A model generated the notes under the pieces. It saw only the letters and a program-made list of their open reading frames with translations, had not been told where the DNA came from and searched no databases. Shown here one piece after another: positions 17,576 to 24,837 of a stretch of 38,763 nt of DNA. Source of the stretch: a virus. Lineage: Duplodnaviria; Caudoviricetes. Both the position numbers and the translations under genes were made by a program. Every line of letters begins with the position of its first letter. Position 1 is the first letter of the stretch. The DNA lies in IMG/VR virus record IMGVR_UViG_3300005805_000208, positions 1 through 38,763 of that record, one strand, 5' to 3'.

Positions 17576-19036
17576 TTAAAGAATGCCAGTTAAAACCGCA
17601 TTGGCAAACGGGCTATAAGCTACGAGCGTCTGTTGTTGATAGACACCAAACTCAAAGCGACGGCTACGAAGAGGCCATTCAATACCATAAGTATCGCGGA
17701 GGCAAACCACTTGAGTGGTTGAACCAACATTGGAAACTGGGTAAGGAAGGACCTGACTATGGAAATAAATAGTACCCGCTGGCATATAGGGATGAACGCG
17801 AATTTCGATCAGGCTACCGAATAATTTCGATAGATATTGACCTACATTCGATCCAGCCGTTAAGCCTGAGCGATTGCCATTAGCATCACCATTGAAGCGG
17901 AAGAGAGGCGCACCACCGTTGGCGATCAAAAGTGCATTCACTTTGATCATTTCGGTTGAGGACATCCAAATGGTCGTGGGGACCACTTTGTAATTATCAT
18001 AGAGGCTAGCCAACACTTCCTCAAATTGCACTATACCGCCCGCACCGTCGGAGGTCAGGGTAGCATTCAAGCTCTTGTAGTATCCATTGGATCCATCAGC
18101 TAGAGTTTGGCTTAAAAGACCGTCCATTGTAAAACCACCGAGCGCACTGTAATCCGTTGAAGCCAGGGCAGAAGCTAATTGACCAGTGGCGGGGATTGAA
18201 GTTAAAGTGGCTTTGGGTACGGTTGTAATTTGTGCTAATTTTTCTGAACCAGCAACCCCGGTGAACCAAGCGAATCCGAAACTACCTTTAGGCGGAACGA
18301 TTGAAGCAACGACTGAACCATTAGGTCCGGTTACGGAAACGGTAGCCGATGCCGATTTGATAGCACATCCACCAGGAATGGTAGAAGAGCTTCCGTCTGC
18401 ATTTGTTCGGGTCACTTGTTGGACCACGCCGTTTGCTACGCTTGATTTTTGCAGTCCGTCGCCGGTTAGAGCAACGCAAATGACGGAAAGTGAAGCGGTT
18501 GTAGGCATAGAACCTGAAGATCCCGCAACGAGGGTTGGAGTTGGGGTGGTTCCAAGGCTAATAGAAGCATTACCGAGGAGAAGTTGTTTTTCTTCTGCAA
18601 TAAAAAGAGAACGCATAGCACTCTCAATCATTCTTGCTTTACCATCGTCTAGGCCCTTTGCAGATTCAAAAGCCTCGAAGGTCAAGCTAGATTCAATACC
18701 CAAACTGACAAACGGAGAGAGCTTGTCCACGACTGTGGGCGTAGTTACTCCGCCTCTTGCACCTTCGCTGACGCCAATAAATTGACTAGCGGAATCATAA
18801 GAGGTGAAAGCTTTCCAACGAAGAGCGGTTCCACCGTTATTGTTAACGGTACGGGGGAGCATATTTCGTAGGGGGTGAACAATTTCACCGGAGGGGATGA
18901 GGGTTTTAGCTGGAGCCTCAAGATTGTAATTAACGAGGCCAGTGGCCACATCAATCCCAGCTTTTTCGATGTTATCGGCAGTTGGTTTGGATAATTCTGA
19001 TTTGATCAGGTCCAAAGTTTCGTTCAAGTTAGACAT
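17576..19036 (-). CDS. Major capsid protein (486 aa, with a beta-rich insertion)
   Basis: Follows protease/scaffold; GLVNYNLEAPAK...PLRNMLPR, EEKQLLLGN, IRVHPYMPAGTI and EWPLRSRRFEFGVY motifs; strong AAGGA RBS. Confidence 0.88.
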   Translation of the reverse strand: MSNLNETLDLIKSELSKPTADNIEKAGIDVATGLVNYNLEAPAKTLIPSGEIVHPLRNMLPRTVNNNGGTALRWKAFTSYDSASQFIGVSEGARGGVTTPTVVDKLSPFVSLGIESSLTFEAFESAKGLDDGKARMIESAMRSLFIAEEKQLLLGNASISLGTTPTPTLVAGSSGSMPTTASLSVICVALTGDGLQKSSVANGVVQQVTRTNADGSSSTIPGGCAIKSASATVSVTGPNGSVVASIVPPKGSFGFAWFTGVAGSEKLAQITTVPKATLTSIPATGQLASALASTDYSALGGFTMDGLLSQTLADGSNGYYKSLNATLTSDGAGGIVQFEEVLASLYDNYKVVPTTIWMSSTEMIKVNALLIANGGAPLFRFNGDANGNRSGLTAGSNVGQYLSKLFGSLIEIRVHPYMPAGTIYFHSQVLPYPVSNVGSTTQVVCLRDTYGIEWPLRSRRFEFGVYQQQTLVAYSPFANAVLTGIL

Positions 19037-19073
19037 ATTTTTTTTCCTTTTCTACGCAAAATGCGTTAGTGGG

Positions 19074-20117
19074 TTAGTAAAGTCGTTTTCCCGACTTTAG
19101 AGCTTGTTTGATGAGTCCGGTTGTGCTGAGGTCCTCGACTACCTCGGCCTTATCGGTAATTCCGTCATTTTCCTTGCTGACAGATTTTAGAACACCCTTG
19201 CCATTCTTAATTTCGTGAATGGCTTTAATTGTCTCAGATTTAAGAAGTTCAAATTCTTCTCTAGCCTGGACAAGTTGGAGGTTTAATTCTTTGTTTGCCT
19301 TTTCTAAGTCCTGAAATTTATTTAGATCTTGATCGGCGATTGATTTTGTTTTATCTTCCTCAGCTGGTTCCATTGTTTTTTCTTCGTGCATATATTTCAT
19401 AGAAGCCATCATTTCGTCTGCCATCTTGATGCACTTATGGACCTCGCTTAAAGCTTTGGCGACTTCCTTTGAGTATTTGGCTCCTTTTTTCTCAACATCG
19501 CTTTGAGCCTCAACCGTAACTTCTTCAGGTTTATTTTCTAAAGTTTCGCTTACGGTAATTTCTTTTTCTTCATTCATAACTAGATCCTTTTCTGATTTAC
19601 TAGCAGTTTCTACGCTAGGGGTTGGGAGAATGTGAACATCATCGGTGATTTTTGTTGGCTCATCTTCCTCTTCTGCATCATCAACCTTGATGAGAGAAAT
19701 TTCTGCCATACGATTTGCCGGGACATCCACAATAGACACTTCATTCAATTTAATTCGACGAATCACTGACCGATCCTGACTGTCTCGCTCAAGCACCCGC
19801 CCCCCGATGCTAAAACCACGATAAACACCGGCTTTCAATTTTTGGACAGCAATTGGATCCACGATCAACGCTGAAAATTTTGTAACTCCGTCGGTGTCAA
19901 CATTGATGTCCAGTGCGGTCCCACAAGCTTTGAGTGGATCGTGTTGTTCGCGAACGGCCGGGAATTTTTTATAATCTTCAATTGCACCACGCATCGCATC
20001 GGCGGTAATAATTTCATTATCACTATCTCTATTGGGGGTCGACGCGATACCCTCAACAATCAACGACCCGTCGGGTTGTTGTGTTGTTTTTGTTATTTCA
20101 GAAAACCAAGATTTCAT
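19074..20117 (-). CDS. HK97-type prohead protease with C-terminal acidic/coiled-coil scaffold region (probable start ATG 20117)
   Basis: VEGIAST...DSDNEII, VREQH, GVYRGFSIGG and EVSIVDVPAN motifs; GAGGTG RBS. Confidence 0.9.
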   Translation of the reverse strand: MKSWFSEITKTTQQPDGSLIVEGIASTPNRDSDNEIITADAMRGAIEDYKKFPAVREQHDPLKACGTALDINVDTDGVTKFSALIVDPIAVQKLKAGVYRGFSIGGRVLERDSQDRSVIRRIKLNEVSIVDVPANRMAEISLIKVDDAEEEDEPTKITDDVHILPTPSVETASKSEKDLVMNEEKEITVSETLENKPEEVTVEAQSDVEKKGAKYSKEVAKALSEVHKCIKMADEMMASMKYMHEEKTMEPAEEDKTKSIADQDLNKFQDLEKANKELNLQLVQAREEFELLKSETIKAIHEIKNGKGVLKSVSKENDGITDKAEVVEDLSTTGLIKQALKSGKRLY

Positions 20118-20162
20118 TCGCACCTCTTAGATGCGACCTCATATATTTAGAATAGGATAAAA

Positions 20163-20489
20163 ATGAAAAAAAAGGATCGAGAGCATTTAGGTAAGGTAGC
20201 GAAACTTGGATGCTATTGTTGTCGAGCTGACAAACGCGGATGGGTGGAGCCAATGGTTCACCACATTCGGGAAGGTATGGGTATGGGCCAAAAAGCATCC
20301 GATTATCAAACAATTCCATTATGCGAAGGACATCACCAGGGATTGGTTGACCACGATGGAACAAAGATAGCCTTTCATCGATCACCCAAAGCCTGGCGCG
20401 ATCGCTACGGATCCGAGAAGATGATCGCCCAAGCCATTTATGATCTTATACGAAAATTAGACGAAACTAACCCAGGTTGGCACTTGTAA
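20163..20489 (+). CDS. Ref-like / DUF968 HNH-type zinc-binding nuclease
   Basis: HLGKVAKLGCYCC...VHHIREGMGMGQKASDYQTIPLCEGHHQG...FH...W..RYGSE matches the Ref (RecA-dependent nuclease)-like pattern. Confidence 0.8.
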   Translation: MKKKDREHLGKVAKLGCYCCRADKRGWVEPMVHHIREGMGMGQKASDYQTIPLCEGHHQGLVDHDGTKIAFHRSPKAWRDRYGSEKMIAQAIYDLIRKLDETNPGWHL

Positions 20490-20529
20490 ATAATGTAAAT
20501 AGTGGGTTTATATATTTATTGATTAAATA

Positions 20530-20571
20530 TAAAAAAAATAGTTGAAATTTGGTTAAATAGTGTAGTATTCT
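20530..20571 (+). promoter_or_regulatory. Candidate sigma70-type early promoter with A-rich UP element
   Basis: A-tract, TTGAAA (20542-47), 18 bp, TATTCT (20566-71), in an AT-rich gap upstream of the plus-strand array; TAAATAGTG occurs twice nearby. Confidence 0.5.
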
Positions 20572-20621
20572 TTTTTTGTGGACGACCACTTCGGTCACTT
20601 CCCCCCACAAGGAGCTACAAA

Positions 20622-21107
20622 ATGACAATCACAATCCCCTCTTACCAACACGAAGCACCGGGCCGACGCCTAGCCCTTCTATACATCGTAGAGAATTGGT
20701 CTGAGTGCAAAGATCAAATCTCCATCGAGTTTGCAACCTTTGAGAATAAAAAAGCAATAAAGGTTACGGGCGACTTTCTTTTCACTAAAAATGGGGAAAG
20801 AATCCCAAGCAGTGAATTTTATGTACAACGACAAGAGCTTAAGCTTTCAGATATCTCTTTTCTTATCGATCTAAAAGATATTATCTTATCAACCGATAAG
20901 GAATACCAAGAGTTGGTAGAGAAACAAAAGCTGTTCAATAACCTGATGACCGATGTTTATGCCAAAAAGGTGGCATACACTTCCGACAATACATCGCTTA
21001 ACGAAACTATCCTTCAGTGGGCCGTTTACACCGCCACAAAAGATGTTGATACCGCAGTGCGACAATTCGAGAAGTCTGTTAGACGATTCCTTGGCTTTAG
21101 CGTATAA
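20622..21107 (+). CDS. Hypothetical protein (161 aa), paralog of 21163..21645
   Basis: AAGGAG RBS; shares M-x-ITI..QHE...R..AL..I..NW...K..I.I and V..FE.SV..F motifs with the next gene. Confidence 0.85.
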   Translation: MTITIPSYQHEAPGRRLALLYIVENWSECKDQISIEFATFENKKAIKVTGDFLFTKNGERIPSSEFYVQRQELKLSDISFLIDLKDIILSTDKEYQELVEKQKLFNNLMTDVYAKKVAYTSDNTSLNETILQWAVYTATKDVDTAVRQFEKSVRRFLGFSV

Positions 21108-21177
21108 CATCACCGGGTCCAGGGCCGACACCCACAAGTCGGCCCACACAAAGGAGCTACAAATGAAAATTACAATC
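21105..21177 (+). repeat. Hairpin-RBS leader element, copy 2
   Basis: TAACATCACCGGGTCCA-GGGCCGAC(8 nt)GTCGGCCC-ACACAAAGGAGCTACAAATGAAAATTACA. Confidence 0.85.
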
Positions 21178-21645
21178 TTACAACACGAAACACAAAGCCG
21201 AATCGATGCGCTTACGCACATCATTCATAACTGGGATTTGTATAAGAACGAAATCCAAATCGGAATTTGGAAGGTCGGTCGTCAAAAAAGTTTACAAGTT
21301 CGACCAGTACGGTATGACAGTGACGCTTTGATTATTTCCAATACTACAAATAAAGTTTTATATATACAAAAAGAAGATCTCCGCCAGTTGGATTTCGGCC
21401 TTAAATCACTCTTGGTTAAAATAATTACCTCGACCGATGCTGACAATGTAATTAATTTGGATAGACTTCAAAGGATCGTTAAGGTTAGAGAGGATCTTCG
21501 ATACAGAAAATTTTTCTATCATCCGGAATATAGCACCGAGGAATCCAATGAAAATCTTCATCTTGCCATAGTCGAGGCGTGTCTTAGCGCTAAGGATGTA
21601 GTGCAAAAGTTTGAAAACAGCGTTTGGAAATTCATCGAAGGTTAA
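21163..21645 (+). CDS. Hypothetical protein (160 aa; true start 21163, not 20953), paralog of 20622..21107
   Basis: AAGGAGCTACAA precedes ATG 21163; aligns end to end with the upstream paralog. Confidence 0.85.
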   Translation: MKITILQHETQSRIDALTHIIHNWDLYKNEIQIGIWKVGRQKSLQVRPVRYDSDALIISNTTNKVLYIQKEDLRQLDFGLKSLLVKIITSTDADNVINLDRLQRIVKVREDLRYRKFFYHPEYSTEESNENLHLAIVEACLSAKDVVQKFENSVWKFIEG

Positions 21646-21717
21646 CCACCACTGGGTCCAGGGCCGTCACGAAAGGGTGACGGCCCTCCAAAAAGGAGCT
21701 ACAAATGAAAATCACAC
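21643..21717 (+). repeat. Hairpin-RBS leader element, copy 3
   Basis: TAACCACCACTGGGTCCA-GGGCCGTCAC(6 nt)GTGACGGCCC-TCCAAAAAGGAGCTACAAATGAAAATCACA. Confidence 0.85.
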
Positions 21718-21926
21718 CCAAAAGCATTAAGGCATATTTCAGGTCCACTATGGAAATCATAGTGAAGCTTTTCAGAGCTATAGTTATTTGCTTTCTCGCG
21801 ATAAATATATCCATTTTTGTAATGTGGATATTTTATATCACCTTTTTTGTCGATACGACCTTACCCATAGCTACGCAAGATACCCTGGGAAGTTTTTATA
21901 AACATCTTTACAATTTCAATTTTTAA
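21705..21926 (+). CDS. Small predicted membrane protein (73 aa)
   Basis: AAGGAG RBS; one long hydrophobic segment AIVICFLAINISIFVMWIFYITFFV. Confidence 0.75.
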   Translation: MKITPKSIKAYFRSTMEIIVKLFRAIVICFLAINISIFVMWIFYITFFVDTTLPIATQDTLGSFYKHLYNFNF

Positions 21927-21937
21927 GGAGCTACCAA

Positions 21938-22210
21938 ATGACAACCATTCTTAGTCGCAAAGTAAAACGACAAACCTCCACACTATATGGAGAGCGTGTC
22001 GCACTCGATGGCCGATCTTACGGGAAGCTGAGACCCATCGTGGTTGAAATAACGCCCGATGGATTGATCGGCTTACGCCGGGGCGGTTTGAGATCAACAC
22101 TGTACATCTCGATTGGTGATCTTATGAATCACTTGGAGATTCAAGAGGCCAAAGCTATACTAAACGCGAAGCGTAAAGCTAAAAAAGAGGGTCGAAGTGC
22201 CAGGCGCTGA
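21938..22210 (+). CDS. Basic hypothetical phage protein (90 aa)
   Basis: AAGGAGCTACCAA RBS; RPIVVEITPDGLIGLR pattern; Lys/Arg-rich C-terminus. Confidence 0.8.
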   Translation: MTTILSRKVKRQTSTLYGERVALDGRSYGKLRPIVVEITPDGLIGLRRGGLRSTLYISIGDLMNHLEIQEAKAILNAKRKAKKEGRSARR

Positions 22211-22433
22211 TTATTACCAATTTTTCTCAAAGGAGCGTTCTAGTGGAAGGGGACGCTCCTTTCTTTTGTTTTACATACGACGCTGGGTTCGATTAAGCAT
22301 TGAGGTTTTGCTATCTGCCATCTTGTGTTTAATCACATTGATCTTAATTCAGTTTTATATCGGCATAATGAACGCCAGGAATTATGAACACAAAATGGGT
22401 CAAATAGAATTGGAAAAAAAGATTAAAAAATAA
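22197..22433 (+). CDS. Small predicted membrane protein (78 aa)
   Basis: GAGGG RBS, GTG start overlapping the upstream gene, one hydrophobic segment; ends 1 nt from the convergent gpF-like stop. Confidence 0.6.
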   Translation: MPGADYYQFFSKERSSGRGRSFLLFYIRRWVRLSIEVLLSAILCLITLILIQFYIGIMNARNYEHKMGQIELEKKIKK

Positions 22434-22434
22434 C

Positions 22435-23232
22435 TTATTCCGTTTCCGTTTCCGTTTCCGCCTCACGATCGGGGATCACTGGGATCGTCGTGCAACGGCA
22501 ATTCGGGTGAGTATCAAATGGAGGAGGTTCTACATCGGCGTCAATTGGGATTCCGTCGGGATATTCGGAAGCTAGTGAATCGGCTAAGAAGATACAATCA
22601 TCACAAGCTCCATCCGACAATAGCCATTCCCAGGCTTCAATTACACCGGACTCTCGGTAGGCAATCACCGACGACTGGTTGTGAGCTATTGAAGTTTCCG
22701 TCCTAGAGATCATCATCGCGCGATCTTCATCAAAAATGATCGCCAATTCTTCTCCCAGCTCTTGTGGTGACCATCCCAATTCGATTGCTTTCGCTACCTT
22801 TTCCGCGATCCAGTCTCTCGTCGTTTGATCGAGCCACCCAACCCTTTCTTTTATCCCGCTGATGGCTATCTGCATCGCTCGGCGGTCAACCACATTGAAG
22901 ATATCTTCCCAATCATCTTTTTTAAGGCCCTTTATGGCTTTTAAGATCTCTTTGGCCGTCGATTGCATATATTCGCCAACGATTTTTCCCAGGGCCTTGG
23001 TTTCCGCTTTGGTGAATCCAATTGTTTTAATGAAAGCGGATGGATCCGACTGGTAACCAACAATAGATGGCTTTCCCTGAGCGTTGGGTTCTGTTAGAGC
23101 TTGATCAATAAAATGGCTTTTGACTTTATCGCTTTGAATACCAAGATAACCAAAGACCTGATCTTTTATTTTCTTTTCAGTGTTTAGAGATTCTTCTCGA
23201 TCGATACTGGGTAAGCGTAGAGTCTTTTTTTT
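22435..23232 (-). CDS. Head morphogenesis protein, Mu gpF / SPP1 gp7-like (frame open from 23232; first ATG at 22968)
   Basis: RAMMISRTETSIAHN, WEWL...ACDDC and HPNCRC motifs. The frame stays open 88 codons upstream of ATG 22968 without ATG/GTG/TTG, up to the A10 run in the portal 3' end. Confidence 0.88.
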   Translation of the reverse strand, partial: KKKTLRLPSIDREESLNTEKKIKDQVFGYLGIQSDKVKSHFIDQALTEPNAQGKPSIVGYQSDPSAFIKTIGFTKAETKALGKIVGEYMQSTAKEILKAIKGLKKDDWEDIFNVVDRRAMQIAISGIKERVGWLDQTTRDWIAEKVAKAIELGWSPQELGEELAIIFDEDRAMMISRTETSIAHNQSSVIAYRESGVIEAWEWLLSDGACDDCIFLADSLASEYPDGIPIDADVEPPPFDTHPNCRCTTIPVIPDREAETETETE

Positions 23233-24674
23233 TTAGATACTTTGGCAGAGTTAGGGGAAGGAGGTTCCTTCGATGATGAGGTCGCTTTAGGCTCTTCCTC
23301 CCCCTGGTCGACATCATCCCCATTAGAAGAGGTAGCGTCGATTTCTGTTTCATTTCCTTCTTGTTCTTCTTCCAAAGCTTTAAGCCCTAATTCCATTCGA
23401 GCTTCGTTCTTTGTCATAATTCCCGATTGAACATAAGTTTGAAGAATGATTGCTTGTTTTTCAGGTGTAACCGATGAAGGCTCAACCCATTCAAACGACA
23501 ATTCCGGAACATCATAAACGGTCGCCAAGATGTCATCCATAACGGTTTTGACCCAACGCTGAATGGGGGCAATTCCGGTAGCTTTAGCGTCATTTACGGA
23601 AACTTCCGCGGTGGCTTTATTCATCTGCTTGATTGCAAATTGTGGCGAGATGCCAAACCCAAAACAAATGAGCTGGAGTAACCATTCGTCTAATTCGTTT
23701 TTAAGCGGGTTACCCTCTTTCAGTAAGAAGGGTTTCATTCCGTCCGGAATGAAGTGAGCCTGGGCGCGGTTTCCCAAATTACCTTCTAATATGGAGTTCC
23801 AGTATTCAGAAAATTGGTGTAATTGTTCCGGTGACCATTCGGAGGGTGCTGACAAAAGCATTTGGGGGATATTCCCCTTGCTGTACCATTCCAATTGGGT
23901 CAATTCCTTTTTTAATGCGAGATTGATCAAGGTGAGAACGGTTTCGACTCTTGACATTCCATAAATACCATTGGACCGAGTATTGTATTGGCTAAAGATC
24001 ACCTCATCAGCACGATAAAGAATGGACGACATACCGCGTTCGACATATTCAAAAGCGGGAGCGGGTGGTTCCGGAATCTCTCCCATCGCATTCACTAGGA
24101 TCTTAAATTGCGCTCCATTCATATTTTTTAATAGCGGATCCTTACCTGAAATTCGATCAATATAAACAAGGTTTTGATCCAAAACGAGATGATCCTCTAG
24201 CCATTCGCGTATCCAGGACATCCAAAACTTTTTCCCATCGGGTTTCAACAGAAGTTGCTTGATCTTATCGGCTTTATCGGATTCTTTCCCATCTCTCGCT
24301 ACAATATTAAAATCTTGCAAAGCAATACTATCTTTTACGGTGTCAATCACGAGTCGCAATAACGATAGTCCACCTTGGCCAACATCAGCAACCCTTCGCA
24401 AAGTTTCAAAGCTGACATTTGTTCGCCCTGCTTCGGTCTTTGGTGTAATGATCGTGTTATAACCAAACGGTATTTCCTGACGACGGCCACGAACACCTTC
24501 GGGCGCTTCGGGTGGCATTGGGTTACCCGCTCCAAAGTATGTTTCGGCTTCTCGTTCCTGGGGCGTAACATTTGTCGACAGTCCCGGAATATACGGTGTG
24601 TTATTAACCTGATTTCTTAATCTATTTTGGGCCAAAGTTTCTAGGGTAATTAACTTGCCTTTAATTTGTGCCAT
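23184..24674 (-). CDS. Portal protein (496 aa)
   Basis: SFETLRRVAD...LLRLVIDT.KD, YGMSRVE, WYSKGNIP, DEWLLQLICFGFGISPQ, MNKATAE and GIMTKNEARMELGL motifs; follows terminase. Confidence 0.92.
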   Translation of the reverse strand: MAQIKGKLITLETLAQNRLRNQVNNTPYIPGLSTNVTPQEREAETYFGAGNPMPPEAPEGVRGRRQEIPFGYNTIITPKTEAGRTNVSFETLRRVADVGQGGLSLLRLVIDTVKDSIALQDFNIVARDGKESDKADKIKQLLLKPDGKKFWMSWIREWLEDHLVLDQNLVYIDRISGKDPLLKNMNGAQFKILVNAMGEIPEPPAPAFEYVERGMSSILYRADEVIFSQYNTRSNGIYGMSRVETVLTLINLALKKELTQLEWYSKGNIPQMLLSAPSEWSPEQLHQFSEYWNSILEGNLGNRAQAHFIPDGMKPFLLKEGNPLKNELDEWLLQLICFGFGISPQFAIKQMNKATAEVSVNDAKATGIAPIQRWVKTVMDDILATVYDVPELSFEWVEPSSVTPEKQAIILQTYVQSGIMTKNEARMELGLKALEEEQEGNETEIDATSSNGDDVDQGEEEPKATSSSKEPPSPNSAKVSKKKRLYAYPVSIEKNL

Positions 24675-24819
24675 TGTTGTCCTCTGATAATGCGATTCTC
24701 AAAAGTCGTTCAAATGCTTGTTGTCTTGTGATGTTTCCGATTTGAAGTTCCTTTTGCAAAGCGAGTCGGTAGTTGTCTAATAGGTCTGCTATATCTTGGG
24801 GGATGAAGAGTTTATCCAT
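24661..24819 (-). CDS. Small protein (52 aa), possible ribbon-helix-helix regulator (not in track)
   Basis: MDKLFIPQDIADLLDNYRLALQKELQIGNITRQQAFERLLRIALSEDNNGTN fills the terminase-portal gap and overlaps the portal start. Confidence 0.6.
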   Translation of the reverse strand: MDKLFIPQDIADLLDNYRLALQKELQIGNITRQQAFERLLRIALSEDNNGTN

Positions 24820-24837
24820 TTTTTCTCTCTTTTTAGT

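Noticed and set aside
17524-17578. Capsid stop is in frame with the next ORF (possible read-through extension)
   Set aside because: The stop is TAA, the in-frame arrangement has a 1-in-3 chance, and there is no other support.
18186-18785. 199-aa plus-strand ORF inside the capsid gene
   Set aside because: Antisense shadow frame of a well-supported gene.
20953-21162. N-terminal 70 aa of the track's 230-aa ORF
   Set aside because: Overlaps the upstream gene and the hairpin leader; RBS and paralog alignment place the start at 21163.
21105-21700. Leader hairpins as integron attC sites or CRISPR repeats
   Set aside because: They start at TAAC but lack a matching GTTRRRY end; no integron integrase or cas gene; spacing is gene-sized.
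22438-22460. TTCCGT hexamer repeat (ETETETE)
   Set aside because: Short in-frame microsatellite at a disordered C-terminus; no sign of function.
24513-24528. 16-bp exact match (TGGCATTGGGTTACCC) between portal and the origin iteron at 31526-31541
   Set aside because: A single 16-mer match is within chance for a genome this size, and it encodes an ordinary GNPMP segment of the portal.
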